The position numbers and the translations under genes were made by a program. The notes under the pieces are model-generated. The model ran no database searches, had not been told where the DNA came from, and saw only the letters and a list, made by a program, of their open reading frames with translations. From Girardia tigrina (Eukaryota), in the NCBI GenBank assembly GCA_001938485.1, contig MQRK01174037.1, positions 1 to 52,254 on the forward strand: DNA of 52,254 bases. Reading direction: 5' to 3'. Below are positions 1 through 12,520 of the stretch, one piece after another. Each line of letters opens with the position of its first letter. The first letter of the stretch is position 1.

Positions 1-300
1 CATTCGTAAGAGTAGCTTCTGCCATGTCTACCAGCAAAAATAAAATTATGTAATTATAACACACAAAAGGATATGGTGTCTATATTACGTGTTCTCAAAT
101 AGCTGCCGCACCCTGTATAAATTGAAAAGAATTATTATTAGGGCACGGAATTTAATGACCTTAAAAATCAAAAAAATGACTATTTTATTTCCTCTCTTTC
201 CGAGTGAGATATTATTTTGTTCTTCCCCTCTGCCAATAGAGTCGCCACCGTCACCAATCCGCCGCAGTCACACCACTACGCAACCAACTCTGTTATCAAT

Positions 301-301
301 G

Positions 302-346
<45 letters not shown>
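301..346. repeat. (ATT)n microsatellite
   Basis: About 14 perfect ATT units. Explains the poly-I and poly-Y runs in ORFs 89..442 and 217..639. Confidence 0.95.
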
Positions 347-347
<1 letters not shown>

Positions 348-500
348 TGTCAAAAAGAAGGATGGATTGCTCAGAATTTGCGGGGACTACAGTGGAGTCA
401 TCAATGTCCCCATACCTGACTCATACCACATTCCGCTTATAACCGACATTCTCCAGCGTTTTACAAGATGTAAGGTATTCTTTTCACTTGACTTGAGCAA
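346..500 (+). mobile_element. Ty3/Gypsy reverse transcriptase N-terminal fragment
   Basis: Translates IVKKKDGLLRICGDYS...DSYHIPLITDILQRFTRCKVFFSLDLS, the canonical gypsy RT start (VxKKDGxxRxCxDY...YPxP...FSxLDL). Near-identical inverted copy at 1161-1312. Confidence 0.9.
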
Positions 501-900
501 CAGGAGAATATTTAAACGCATCGTTACATACAAAGAAAGGATCAGACTGGGAGGAACTACTACCGGAAATAGAATTCACATTAAACGCAAATTTTCAGAA
601 AACAATAGGGAAAAGCCCAGCGGAAATTATATTCGGTAAGAAAATATACAGAGAAGGATGGCATAGTCAACACATAAAGTTACAGCAAGAAAAAGAAGAC
701 ACAACAACCAGAAGAAATTTCGAAATTGGAGATGAAGTACTAGTAAAGGTGGAAACAGGGATAAAGAGTAAAGATAAATATGAAGTGCCGTATAAAGTGG
801 TAGAGAAAACACACAACAGAAGGTATAAACTAATAAATGAAGATGGAAGAATTTTAGATCTAAACGTGGAAAAATTTCGAAAATTCTTAAAGAAGGGGGA
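501..900 (+). mobile_element. Gypsy integrase C-terminus with polypurine tract
   Basis: GDEVLVKVETGIKSKDKYEVPYKVVEKTHNRRYKLINEDGRILDLNVEKFRKFLKKGG is a GPY/F-like tail. It ends in the purine tract aagaagggggga immediately before an LTR start. Confidence 0.8.
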
Positions 901-1066
901 TATGAGGGGTTAATTTAAATTTGCAACTCGCTAGAATAATTTATTTTTTTTAATATAAAAGGTAAAATATTTTAATGTTTATATGCTTATTAAATATTTT
1001 AAAATTAAAAATGATATAATAAATTTTGGTGTTAAAAAAATGAATTCTGATATTGATGTTGCAACC
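901..1066 (+). mobile_element. 3' LTR, internally deleted and truncated
   Basis: Starts tatgaggggttaatttaaattt right after the PPT. Homologous to the solo LTRs at 1939-2474 and 25560-25906; shares ...gaattctgatat-ga-gttgcaacc with the latter. Confidence 0.8.
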
Positions 1067-1860
1067 CATTGGCAAAAGCATGTACTAGTAGAGACCGAAC
1101 GGCGTAGTGACGGCGGTTTCCGGGATAGATGCTTCATCCATTGAGATCTGGTGGTACGCCTTGCTCAAGTCAAGTTAAAAGAATACCTTACACCTTGTAA
1201 AACGCTGGAGAATGTCGGTTATAAGCGGAATGCGGTATGAGTCAGGTATAGTGACATTAATGACTCCACTGTACTCCCCGCAAATTCTGAGCAATCCATC
1301 CTTCTTTTTAACTATCTGAAGTGGAACGTCCCAAGGGAAATAGCAGTGCTTGACGATTTCAGCTGCCTGTAATCTCTGGAATTATTCTGCGGCTTGTGGT
1401 CGGATCGCTTGTAACAGTTCCCTACACCATTGATGAACTGGAGCACACAAGTCATTGGCTTGTCAGCATTCGCGTCATCGAGAAGGCCTGGAAATTGCTC
1501 GTGAATCTGTCTGGTGATGTTGGCTGCAAGTGTCTTCATGGAACGTTCTGTTGTGGTCGTCAGCGTGACGGCTGGTTCCTGTTGGTGGTTGTTGTCAATG
1601 TTGTGATGGCCACTAGAGTTTGAGCGATTTAGTCGGCCAAGATCCTGAAGAGCTCCAAGAAAGTGGCCTCAAGAATGGGTTATGTAACCCTGGCAATGAT
1701 GAATTTCCAAGTTAAATGATTTATCCATATTAAATATATGTTGTAATAAGATTAGCGGTTCGACCTGAACCGTCCCGGCAGTAAGTATGACCGATAGAAA
1801 ATTCGGTTCGTATGGTCACCGAGTCGACCATTCAGCTCGTGGGGCGTCATTTGGGACGTC
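1066..1860 (-). mobile_element. Gypsy pol fragment (linker plus RT), decayed
   Basis: Minus strand reads IVKKKDGLLRICGEYSG...LDLSKAYHQISMDEASIPETAVTTPFGLY*YMLLPMG. The upstream ORF 1312..1539 resembles the protease-RT linker. Confidence 0.85.
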
Positions 1861-1938
1861 AAGTGCATTTACTTAAATTAAAAATATTATTTTTAATTAT
1901 TAAAAAAACAGCTATTTTAAAATAACTAATGTTGTTTT

Positions 1939-2474
1939 TATGAGAGGTTAATTTAAATTTACATTTCGCCACAATAATTTATTATTTTTTTAATTTAAAA
2001 GTTAAAATATTTTTAAGTTAATATACTTATTAAATATTTTAAAATTAAAAATGATTAATAAAGTAAACTATTAAAAAATCAAATACTTATTTAAAAATAA
2101 AAAATGTTTTTTAATGAATCTATTAAATATCTTAAAATTAAAAATGATAAGAAAACCCTTAAAGAATAAATACTTATTTATAAACTAAAATATTTTTACA
2201 GCCATAACAATTTATATATTTTAATAGAATGTATGAAACAATTTTAAATAAATTTTTAGTTTTAATGTGAAAATTATTTAATAAATTTAAAGTTTAAAAT
2301 TAGCAAGATTTTAAAAATTGAATCGAAAAGAATTTAATAGATTAATTCTGGCGATATAATTGAATTAACAGAAAATTGTTTAAATATGTGAATTGTTGTT
2401 ATAATAAATATTGTGGTGTTAAATTATGAGGTCTGAATTTGATAATAATGAAAGTGGCATAAACGCTACTTACA
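1939..2474 (+). mobile_element. Solo LTR with 5-bp TSD
   Basis: tatgagagg...cttaca flanked by GTTTT on both sides (1934-1938, 2475-2479). Similar to 901-1066 and 25560-25906. Confidence 0.75.
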
Positions 2475-3469
2475 GTTTTTTTAATCAGCATTATTAAACA
2501 AAAAATTCAAAAATCGTGTTTTCTTGTTTTTAATAGTCGATGGATGAAATTTAAACATTTATAAATTGCATCAAATTTTACAAAGCCTAAATTAAAATCT
2601 TTTTTTGGGAACTTGTAAAATGACAAACTCGTAGGATAAGTTAACTACGTTCATCTTCCTAATATTTCCTTCCACATTAAAAAGAACCAAAGATTAAATA
2701 CTTTTCTTATTTTAAAATTACTTCAATTTAGATTTTACACTGTTTAATGCAGAAAACCATCTCTCATCCGACATATTCCTATCTGAAATCGATAATTATA
2801 CCCGAATTAGTATTTCATCGTTTGAAGAACTAGATAAAAAATTAACATCTATTGAAAACACTAACAATTTCAAACTGTTGGAAGGATTTTTGTAAAAATA
2901 GGAAAATTCTTTACACTTGATAAATTTAACTGTATCTTTTATAGAATAAGTAGTAATTAAAATTTATCTATGTATTTCTTGCATATTATCAAGATGCAGC
3001 GAATAATTAATTTACTTATTATTAAACTTAAAAACCAACTTGAACGAATCCTCTATTTTATAGGTCTTAGATATAGCTCGATAGTAAAATATGCCATGGA
3101 TAAAATTGTTATTAATTAAAATTTAAAATTACCAAGCAAAATCTTATTGATTTTAGAAATTACAAATTCATGTATTTTGAAATTCAAATTGTAAATAAAA
3201 AATAATACCCATTTTAATTATATTTGCAAAATGCAATACTCATGCTATATGGCTTACGTGTTACAAGATTTTCATAAACCATTTACAAGAATGTAGAAAA
3301 AAAACAATCAAAATGTAAAGAAGAAAGAATAATGTTTATACATTTCATGGTACCGAGTGTCTAAATTCGTCGTTTGATAAAAAGTATGTACATTTAGTAG
3401 GCCTGTTGTAAGTTCTTAAATTTGAGTGGACCCTCAAACGATTATTAAAGCTAAAAAATGAAAAAAATA

Positions 3470-4095
3470 GAGCGTCATATTAGAAAGGTTAATGTACATT
3501 AATGGCTCTACGATCACAAAAAATGGTGGAATGGAAGAACAAATAAGAAACCAGATTGGTTTTGGAGCAAGCGCAATGAATGTGATCTGCACAGTTTTTA
3601 ATCTCCAAGAAATGAACCTCAAAACCAGGATAAAGATCAATAAGGCTATTGTCTGGACAACACTTCTCTCTTGATGCGAGAGTTGGACAATAAATCAGAA
3701 GAGTATGGATAGACTTAGAGCGTTCAAAATGAAGTTATACAAGAGAATGCTAAAAATCATATGGAAAGAAAGGAAGACCATTGACTTTGACTGCAAAATA
3801 GTGACAGAAATACGGGATAAAAGACCGGAATCAAAAGAAGCTATTAAGAGAAGGTAACTAAAATTTTACAGACATCAGATAAGAAAACAAGCACTATTGA
3901 AGGTTATGATTGAAGGAAGAGCTTGAGGAAGACAAAGAGTAAGGAAAAAGAGGCAATGGACGGACGACTTAAAAGAATGAGAGGGATTTAACATGGAAGG
4001 TCTGAGAAGAGATACTACAAAAAGAAAGAGGTGGTGAAGGCGTCTGCGTAATTAGGTGCTCTCACGGACCAACGACTAAGGTTCAAAAAAAGAAA
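3470..4095 (+). mobile_element. 5'-truncated RTE-like LINE, ORF2 C-terminal remnant
   Basis: GSTITKNGG..EQIRNQIG...LKTRIKINKAIVWTTLLS*CESWTI...RLRAFKMKLYKRMLKIIW..IKRR*LKFYRH..IEGR..WTDDLKE*. Short A-rich tail. Confidence 0.85.
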
Positions 4096-4141
4096 GCACA
4101 TTACTAAACACTGAGTTTGTAATATGGTTAAACTATTTTAC

Positions 4142-4894
4142 AGAGATTAGTGAATATTCTAAATTTGATAAGATTGAGTAAAGTTAGAGATCAGTACACT
4201 TCCACCAGCTATACTATATATCAAAATTTATCAGATACATCTGAATTAGTAACAATTATTCAGTCATAGTAAATTACTAAACCATATCTTTTTACAAGAG
4301 CAATTTTTTGTTTAAACTTGATGTTAAAAATGAATCAACAAAAAATGGCCGATTTTTTTGATAATAATTTACAAAAATCAGAATATTTGCTATTAAAATG
4401 AATGACTCAGTAGCATATGGACTAAATAATATTATTTATAAGTAAATAAAGAAGAAAATAAAGCATTATCAATATATTGATAAATGATATATCATTTTAA
4501 GCAACTTAAAACATCACTAACTTAACTGAAAGTGTTCAGAAAATTGTTTATAAATAACCTGGGTGGAAATTTAAAATATTACAAAATTTATAAAAAATAA
4601 AAATATCAATTATCAAAAGTTTTAATCAAGTTTTGTTCGTATTCAAAATTGAATTGAATTTTAGAAAGAGGTTTGATAGAAATGTCAATCACATCGTTCA
4701 TATTGAGGATGGCCAACCCACTCGATTGTTTTAAAATGGCTGCGTTTGAATGTTTCACATGTCTAGGAGAAAACAGGAAATCAGATCAAAATAATACGCG
4801 ATCAAAATATTTACAACTTATCCACATTAGCCCTACTAAATTTTAACATAATTGAGCAATCTCGAACGGTTAAACAAACCAGATACTTTTTCAA
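4142..4894 (-). pseudogene. Decayed multi-exon host gene fragment, identity uncertain
   Basis: Several pyrimidine-AG acceptors (atttag, ctcctag, ccacccag, aattcag) spaced by 40-60 nt AT-rich intron-like gaps. Reading frame ambiguous and stops present. Confidence 0.45.
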
Positions 4895-5139
4895 CTAAAT
4901 AAAAAATTTTAATATTATTGGAAATATATCTCATATAAAACTCAATAAAATTTAATCTCTTCAGTTTGCTAGGTTTTGAATTATCAATTCAGTTACAAAA
5001 ATTATAAAATATAGTTTACAACAATTAAAATCCATGCAAGCATAAACACCAGTGCTCGAAATGAGAGCTGAGAAGTGACAGAATGGTTGAAAACACTTTA
5101 CCGACGAAATAACAAGAGAATATGTTGATGATTAATATT

Positions 5140-5480
5140 GAGGAGATGTTGGTTTTGTTCTTTTGATTTACCATACTCTTTAACTTAGGAGTTTGCACAT
5201 TCAGTCATTAACTTCCATCCCTGAGTCTATGTTGTTCCCAAATATCTCAGTGATCTACAAATTGTGCATCCTAATCCCAATTTTTGAAAGGTGATGGTTA
5301 ATGCTTAAAATTTTCATGCCCCTGTTTTTTGTTTAATAATCTGGAAACTTGAAAGCGACGGATTTAGTGGATGTAACATAACTATTGAAAGCACTTTGAT
5401 GCCTGATATTTCATTTACCAATTCGTTTTACTTCGTTCTTTTATCATCTATATGTTGTACTTCATCATTTTTTTCAGCTT
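5140..5480 (-). mobile_element. hAT transposase N-terminal remnant (KIAA1586-like)
   Basis: LGLGCTICRSLRYLGTT*TQGWKLMTECANS*VKEYGKSKEQ resembles the LGCxxC...TQG.KLS.EW....V..YG motif of KIAA1586-type hAT proteins. Confidence 0.6.
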
Positions 5481-6059
5481 TTTAATAATAACTTGCTAAT
5501 AATTATCATTTTAATAATTAACTGATTAAAATAAAAGAATTCGTAAATCGAATAAACGTTTTAATCAAAGTATAAAAATAAGTTTATTTTTAGAAAACAA
5601 AGCATGAAAAACGTATTTATTTCAAATTTCGAAACCACAGCAAACTCAAATTTTTTCAAATAAAAATGCAAGAGAAATATATACACAAAATAACCCCCTC
5701 TTCGGAAAAATAGTTAAAATGACTAAAACGCATTAGAAAATAAGTATTGAACTTAACAATAAAAATAAAAAATAGATTTTAGAAATTATAACCATCAAAA
5801 TAAATAATAAATTAAACAATAGAAACAACTTCATAAGGCATAAATAAAAAATCGATTTTTAAATCTTTTTGGATTTATATTAGAATTTACATATATTTAC
5901 CATTATGAATTATGAAGAAGAGTAGAAGGATGGTTAAAGAATTTCTAAAAAGATGTTGGATGAATAATTCGACCTTCCCACCAGATTTCAAACTACTTTG
6001 ACAGGCCATAACTTAGTTATAGAATTATAATATAATAATATAATATATTTTTAACATAT

Positions 6060-7530
6060 TGTATAGTGTAGCCTAGTGCATACATGGTACATACATATTC
6101 GAAAAAACACTAGGCATTGATTTCTGCTCACTTTTGGATAATGTAAGAGTGAAATCTGACTCTTCACCTGTGTTTCTATCCATGCGTTCAAGCTGAATTT
6201 CGATATTGTGCTTTATTCTAGCTGTACACCATGTGCCCGTTCACCGTCACTGCGCACTGTGAACGAAAAATGGATATATTAATTTTTTTCGGAAATGTTG
6301 ACATGGATTCTGACAATTCATATATAAGTTCCTATCCAAGTGCATTAGCACTTTTTTAATACAATACTTCATTGGAAATCTATACCCTATGGGCATTCTC
6401 CCCACTCTACATTATAATACACAACATATCAATAATCGATTTCTGTTAACTTTTTAGATAATGTTAAAGTGGAATCTTGCTATTTACCCATGGGTTTCTA
6501 TCAATATATTCAAACAGATTTTTGATATTGTGCTTCCTTCGACCTCTGTATTCTATGTATGTTCTCCCCCACTTTACACTCTAAAACACAACATGTCAAT
6601 AAATCACTAGGTATCGATTTTTTTTCGAAAATCTAAGATCATATTCCAACTTTTTACTTATGGGTTTTTATCCATGTGTTCAAACAGAGTTTTCAAATTT
6701 TGCTTTCATCGACCTCTATACCATATGGACATTCGACACACAATTGGCATTCAACCTCACACCATTTTCAACTTTAAACTCTATTATATTAAAAACAAAT
6801 AAATATATAAAAAATATAATTGCACGTTGCGCATCGTGAATTTATTGACTTTGAACACTTACACATGTGCAGTATTGATTAACACTTTTTTGCACTCTTT
6901 TTCTGATTTTGATGGTTTTTAAGGTAATTTTGATGGTTTTTAATTTGTACACTTGCGCATGTGCAAATATTGATTAGCACATGTGTAACCTAGTGCAGCA
7001 CTGTGCAGTATTGATTAGCACATTTTCGTGTAATTTTGGTGGTTTTTAGGTGTTTTCAATGATTTCTAAGGTGTTTTCGATGATTTGTAACGTGATTTGA
7101 TTGGTTGTTGATTGAATTTTGATGATTTTTATGGTCACGGTGACAGTTGTCGAGGTGTTTTCGATGGTTGTCAACGTGATTTTAAGGTGTTTTCAGTGAT
7201 TTTTAAGATCACAGTGACAGTTGTCAAGGTTTTCGAGTGATTTAATTGGTTGTTTAAGTGATTTCGATGGTTATAAAGTGATGATAACCGTTACCAAGGT
7301 ACCGGGAACCAATCAGAAGCATTTGGGGGGTGATTACGACCGTTGCTAAGGAAATTGTGACCGTTGGTAGGGTACCAAAGACCAATCAAAAGCGTTGCCA
7401 ATGTGATAGCGACCGTTACTAGGGTACCGGGGACCAATAAGAAGCGTTGCTAAATGAACCGTGACCATTACCATGGTTACGGGTACCCCCCGCCCCACGG
7501 GTGGGTTCTTGGGTGGAAGAGAACATATAT
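6060..7530. repeat. Unclassified composite repeat: about four ~165-bp degenerate units, short-unit arrays and a GC-rich tip
   Basis: Units near 6100, 6270, 6430 and 6600 share tttctatccatg-gttcaa...gatattgtgctt. gtgcagtattgatta recurs at 6866-7020. ggtaccgggaaccaatcagaagc-like units occur three times at 7298-7447. GC-rich end at 7481-7520. Confidence 0.75.
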
Positions 7531-7802
7531 TTTTCCCCTAATCATATTATTGCTCATTTATGTATTTAACAATGTTTATAAAATAAAATAAGCTTTGAAA
7601 GACGTTTAACAAACAGATTTAAGAATAACTAATTATGTTGTTTTCAGTAGAAAACTTAAATGTAAATGACGAATCAGCATATAAGTTTTCTTTAAATACA
7701 AAAGATAAAAATTCAATTACAAAATATATTCGTATAGTATATAAATCACACACATTTATTGAGTTACTTTAAAATATAATCCAATAAACAATAATGAAGC
7801 AC

Positions 7803-8511
7803 CTTTCTTTACAACCACTTAACTAAGAAAATGATCTTAAAATGAGTGATAAGATAATTTCAGATATGATAATTCAGAGAAAAAACTTTAATTCCTGCTC
7901 GACAGAAACATGATTGCATTATGAATATCCTGAACCTAAACAAAAATAGGATTTTTTATAGAAAAGATGAAAAAAAATAATGCGGGATATAATTGTAAAA
8001 GAAAAAATGATTTTGCATAGAAATATTCGAATTCTAAGTATTTATAAATTAGTCTGAATTTTTTTCACCAAATAAATGTCCTCATACGAAAATTCGCAGC
8101 AGTCTGGAAGAGAGATTTATCAAGAATCTGTTAATATTTCCCAACGGACATCACATAATGGAATAAGTGTTAAGTACTGCATTAATTGTGAGCTATGTTA
8201 CAATCTTCAGATCAGGAGTATCTCTCTCTTTAAGTGAATTCAATTGCAATGAAACAAAAGTAATCAAAACAACGTTCAGATAGGAGGGAACAGTCATGTG
8301 ATTTATTCAGCTCTGCGATTTTCCAACAACATTTTTCGAATTATTTTAGAAATAGTAAATGATTTTATCATAGTTGTTTAAAAATATATAAAAACTATAT
8401 AAAACCATGAAAAATATAAAATAACTGACCATTCGAACAGCTTCAATAGTCTCTTTAGATAAATCTAACGGAAGCAAATACTCATTCCATAAATCAAATA
8501 TATTCTCGCAC
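7803..8511 (-). pseudogene. Decayed three-exon host gene fragment, unidentified
   Basis: Exon 8430-8511 (tttag|...CENIFDLWNEYLLPLDLSKETIEAVRM|gtcagt) and exon 7803-7935 (tgtttag|VQDIHNAIMF...|gtgct) have canonical sites. The middle exon (about 8069-8344) has stops in all frames. Confidence 0.5.
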
Positions 8512-8848
8512 CTAAAATATAAATTGATGATAAGTATAATATAATGAATAATATGACCTAATAAAATCAGTATCACATTTAAAAAGTAAATAAATAAAAT
8601 TGTTCTGATGAGGATTTAGTTAAAATTTAATATCGTCAAATAACTTATTTAGAAAATTCAAATTTAATGTTACAATTTCAAAAATTGAAAACAAATTTAA
8701 TTCCAAATCTCACAATCATATAAAAAATTTATAATAAAAGGGCAATTTAAAATATACAAAAATTAAAACATATTAATTCAAAATTTAAAAAAAATTAAAA
8801 AGATAATTTAAAAAATCTCACAAAAAACTAATGCATCTTCAATTAAAA

Positions 8849-10937
8849 CAGGGGTCGGAAACATTTGGCTATGTGGGGCCGGATTGCGTCTTATGAGAGA
8901 GTGGCGGGCCAGAGGATTTTTAAAAAAATATTATAAGAAAAAGCTTACCAAAAAGCTTGTTTTCAAATTACTTAAAATCAATAAAATAATGAAAATTCTT
9001 AAAAATATTTTAGTTCTACTTATAAACAAATAAGTTAACAAAAGACAATGAATTTTAAAAATCTTTTGTACTCAAAAATCCAAAATTTGAATAAGTAATG
9101 GGAAACTTGATGTTCTTTGTCACATAAAAGCTTCTCAATATTGGCTGTCGATGCCAACAACAAAACATTATCTAAATTACTATAGGTTAATTTTGTTCTC
9201 AAATTGTTTTTAGTATATTTCAATTTTGAAAATAATTGCTCACATTGGTAAGTACTTCTAAACAAAGATGTTCACAAGGTTAGGATACTTCTTATTATAA
9301 TAAATATATTTCGAATAAAAATCAAGAAAAGATTCATGATCGTAGTGAAATTTTGATTTCATTAAGTCGTCACGTTACATTTAAATCATCTAAATTTGAA
9401 AGCATTCTGATACAGTACACACTTCCACGTCAAAAGGATGAACAAAAAACTGGAATTCATCTTCGTGCAAGCAAAGGTCAGTAAAGCGAGATGAGAACTC
9501 ATTCCTCAGATCTTTGATCATATTCACAAATATTTTTGGATTTTGTGGTTTTCATTCTGGAATGGATGGAAAATGTGCATAATTTTCATGTTGAAGCCGG
9601 TATTCCCACAGGTTTAGTTTTCTTTCAAATACAAGATTATTACCAAACATTTTATTTATAAGTTGAGCTTTACCTTGCGCAAGTGTAAATTAAAGTTATT
9701 TAAATGACGTGTAATGTCCACAAAAAATGTCAAAGATACAAGCCAATCAAGAGAGTGAAAATGTGATGCATCCACAGATTTGCTTTGAAGGGAAATTACA
9801 ATTTCAATATGTAATTTTAATATTCTTTTAAGAATTGAACCTCTGCTTAGCCAGCGAACATTGAAAAAATGGACTAGGTCTCCATAATCAGCCTCTCTTT
9901 CCACCAAAAATTGCCTGAGTTGGCTATGATTTAATCCACGAGATATGATCAGATTAACAACTTTTACAACAATGTCCATTACTTTCTTCATTTTCAAAGA
10001 TTTTACACATAATGCTTCTTGATAAATAATACAATGAATTTTCACCAGCTTCTGAAGAATTCCAAAACTTTCCATGCGTTCCTGTAATAGTACAACAAAT
10101 CCTTTTTTATTTCTAACCATTGCCGGTGCTCCATCAGTTGTGATGCCAATTAGTTTTGAAATATCTAAGTTCATTTTCGATATAACATTAATCATTACTT
10201 CAAAAATGTCTACTCTAGTTACTGTATCCTTCAAATCAATTAACTAAATAAATTCTTCAAAAACATGGAAACTCAATGTCCCTCCTTGCTATAAGCTGAG
10301 CAGTATCATTTAAGTCTGTACTTTCATCAACTGCAATTGAAAAATATTGGAATTTGTTACAGGCCTTCGTTAAAGAACTTTTAACATCTAATGACATCTC
10401 TTCAATGCGTCTTGTGAAAGTTCTAGCAGATAAACTTATGGAATAAAATAAAGACTTTTTTCAAAACAAAATTATCCGCCACTGTCATTAAACATTGTTT
10501 AACTAATTTACCATCCATAAACGGTTTCATCTTTTCAGCAATAAGTCTTGACACTTCATAGCTTGCACGGATATTAGTTTCATATTCACTTTTTTTATTC
10601 GTAAAAAATGATGTTTGTTTTTCTAACTTTGATTTCAGCTGCTTAATTCATCTCTTCTTGTTTCTCCAGTAATGTTTTTAAATTTTCAAATGATGGATCA
10701 TGTGATGGCGCCTGATATTTGCCACTTTATTCACAGCAACTTTTTCAAGGCAAATAAGACATGTTGGCTTTCCGTTTTTCTCGATAAAAAATAATCAAAC
10801 GTCCAAGTATCTTCAAAATTCGAGATTCGCTTCAGAATTCGAGACTACTTTCCTGATCTTTAATATTAAAACAATTTTTGTTTATTAAATTTATTATTGT
10901 CGAAATCTGTTCGCGGGACGTAGGATGCCGACTCCTG
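8849..10937 (-). mobile_element. Full-length decayed hAT transposon (Buster/Charlie/SPIN group, GTF2IRD2-like transposase)
   Basis: TIRs caggggtcggaaac and (rc) caggagtcggcatc. Perfect 8-bp TSD AATTAAAA (8841-8848, 10938-10945). Motifs FSIAVDESTD, ITTDGAPAM, IHCIIYQEAL, VRWLSRG, STYQCEQLFS. Frameshifted. Confidence 0.95.
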
Positions 10938-10997
10938 AATTAAAACATTGTTGTGGTGAGGTCATTCCTAAAGACATTCAATAATATCGAACTTCGA

Positions 10998-11061
10998 TGA
11001 TGTCACATCTCATAACATCACTTGAGTTCGAATTCCGGTGATTTCATATGTAATGACATCA
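10998..11061. repeat. Imperfect ~64-bp palindrome
   Basis: tgatgtca...tgacatca arms around a central tcacttgagttcgaattccggtga. Confidence 0.6.
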
Positions 11062-11309
11062 CTGGAATATTCAATTATAATGTTAGATTGAATTGCATAA
11101 ACTGCCCAAATGGCATATTATATAATATTTCCTCAATATAAAAGGAATATTATAATTTTAATCGTTTATTTAACCCCTCATTTATTTCGAATTAATTTTT
11201 TTAAATAATTCATGTTCTTTACAATTGACATAAACATAAAAATTAAAAAAATATATTTTAAAAATCACTAAGATTAAATAATCCAAAAAGTCCAATAAAT
11301 ACTTATATA

Positions 11310-11698
11310 AAACGAAAATCCCGTGATCATCCAAAAGAAAGAACAAATACAAAAGGATCGTTGTCTACTACAGATGCTTTTCAACGTAAGAATTGCCAAA
11401 TATGATACTGTAAAGAAAATAAAATGAACAAAATTTGCTCTAAATGTAAAAAATATGTTTGTGGAATATGTACAATGGACATTTATATGTAAATAATGCA
11501 ATGAGCAATAAATTAAAAATTCTTATTTTTTGCGTTTGTTATTATACTATATTGTTTAATTATAATAAATTTAATTTTCATTTTTATTTCCATCCTAACG
11601 TCCATATTTCATACATTGAAGTAGGAAACATATAGCGGGTCATTTGACCCGCTATTGTAGAAATATGTATCTATAAAGTGTTGGTATGATTAGTGTTG
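11310..11698 (+). mobile_element. piggyBac 3' end remnant
   Basis: RKNCQI*YCKENKMNKICSKCKKYVCGICT is a piggyBac-type C-terminal cysteine-rich domain. Subterminal palindrome gcgggtcatttgacccgc. End ...tagtg followed by ttga (degenerate TTAA). Confidence 0.75.
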
Positions 11699-11934
11699 AA
11701 TAATACATAAAAGAAATATAAACAGATAATAAAATATTTAATTTAAAATAATAAATTATTTAAAACAAAATAATTTAATTAACAACAATTGCAATAATTC
11801 TATAAAATTTTAAAAGAAAAATGATTAACTAAATAAATGAATATCGATTCAATTTTTAATCAATTCTACGTTGTCTTTTTACCACTTCAAAATATAATGT
11901 TAATGGTAATAAAGTGATAAAATTAAAGCTCATT

Positions 11935-12520
11935 TTTCCATTCTTTTTATTAGCTTACTTTCTATATATATATATATATATATCCATGAAATTTAGAAAC
12001 CTGTTTTTGAAGGCTTTTTACTCAATCGATTTTCTTTAATCTTTGCACACTTACTCATTCTCGATGACAATAAATGATTATGTAAAAATTTGATCAAAAA
12101 AGCTTTTTAATTCGGAGTTCCCGAAAATATGAATTACAAGATACCTACTTATAAATTATGTGTTTTTTAATTAAAATTTTTTAAATTTTAAAAACTTTGT
12201 TGGCAAAGTAGAGTTCTGTCTGCATAAAGAATGGATATAAAAAATTTAATTTTTTGATTTACTAGTTACATTTATCGATATAGATTTAAATTATAGAAAT
12301 AAAATATATTATGATCAAGGATTGATAGGAAACTTTTATTTTAATACAAAACCCTCACAAATAGCTTTTAACAGAAATTAGCACTTATAGATTTTTCCAA
12401 TGTAAAATTTAGAAAAGTCACTTTTTAGACAAAAAGAAGAACTTAACTGGATTTTTTCTTTTCCTCTAAATCTTATTAAGGAAGAATCACAGCCAAGCAA
12501 AAGAAACATTTTAAACTTTT
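11935..12520 (+). mobile_element. Possible non-autonomous HINE/DINE-1-like element
   Basis: Starts ttttattagctt followed by a microsatellite, the same layout as the 32669-33207 element. The right boundary is a guess. Confidence 0.3.

Noticed and set aside
89-442. ORF with a poly-Ile, transmembrane-like stretch
   Set aside because: Produced by the (ATT)n microsatellite.
5884-6015. Kinase C-terminus-like EFLKRCWMNNSTFPPDF
   Set aside because: Too short and isolated to support.
8069-8511. RhoGAP or Nup155 identity for these exons
   Set aside because: Different frames give equally weak resemblances, so I cannot choose between them without a search.
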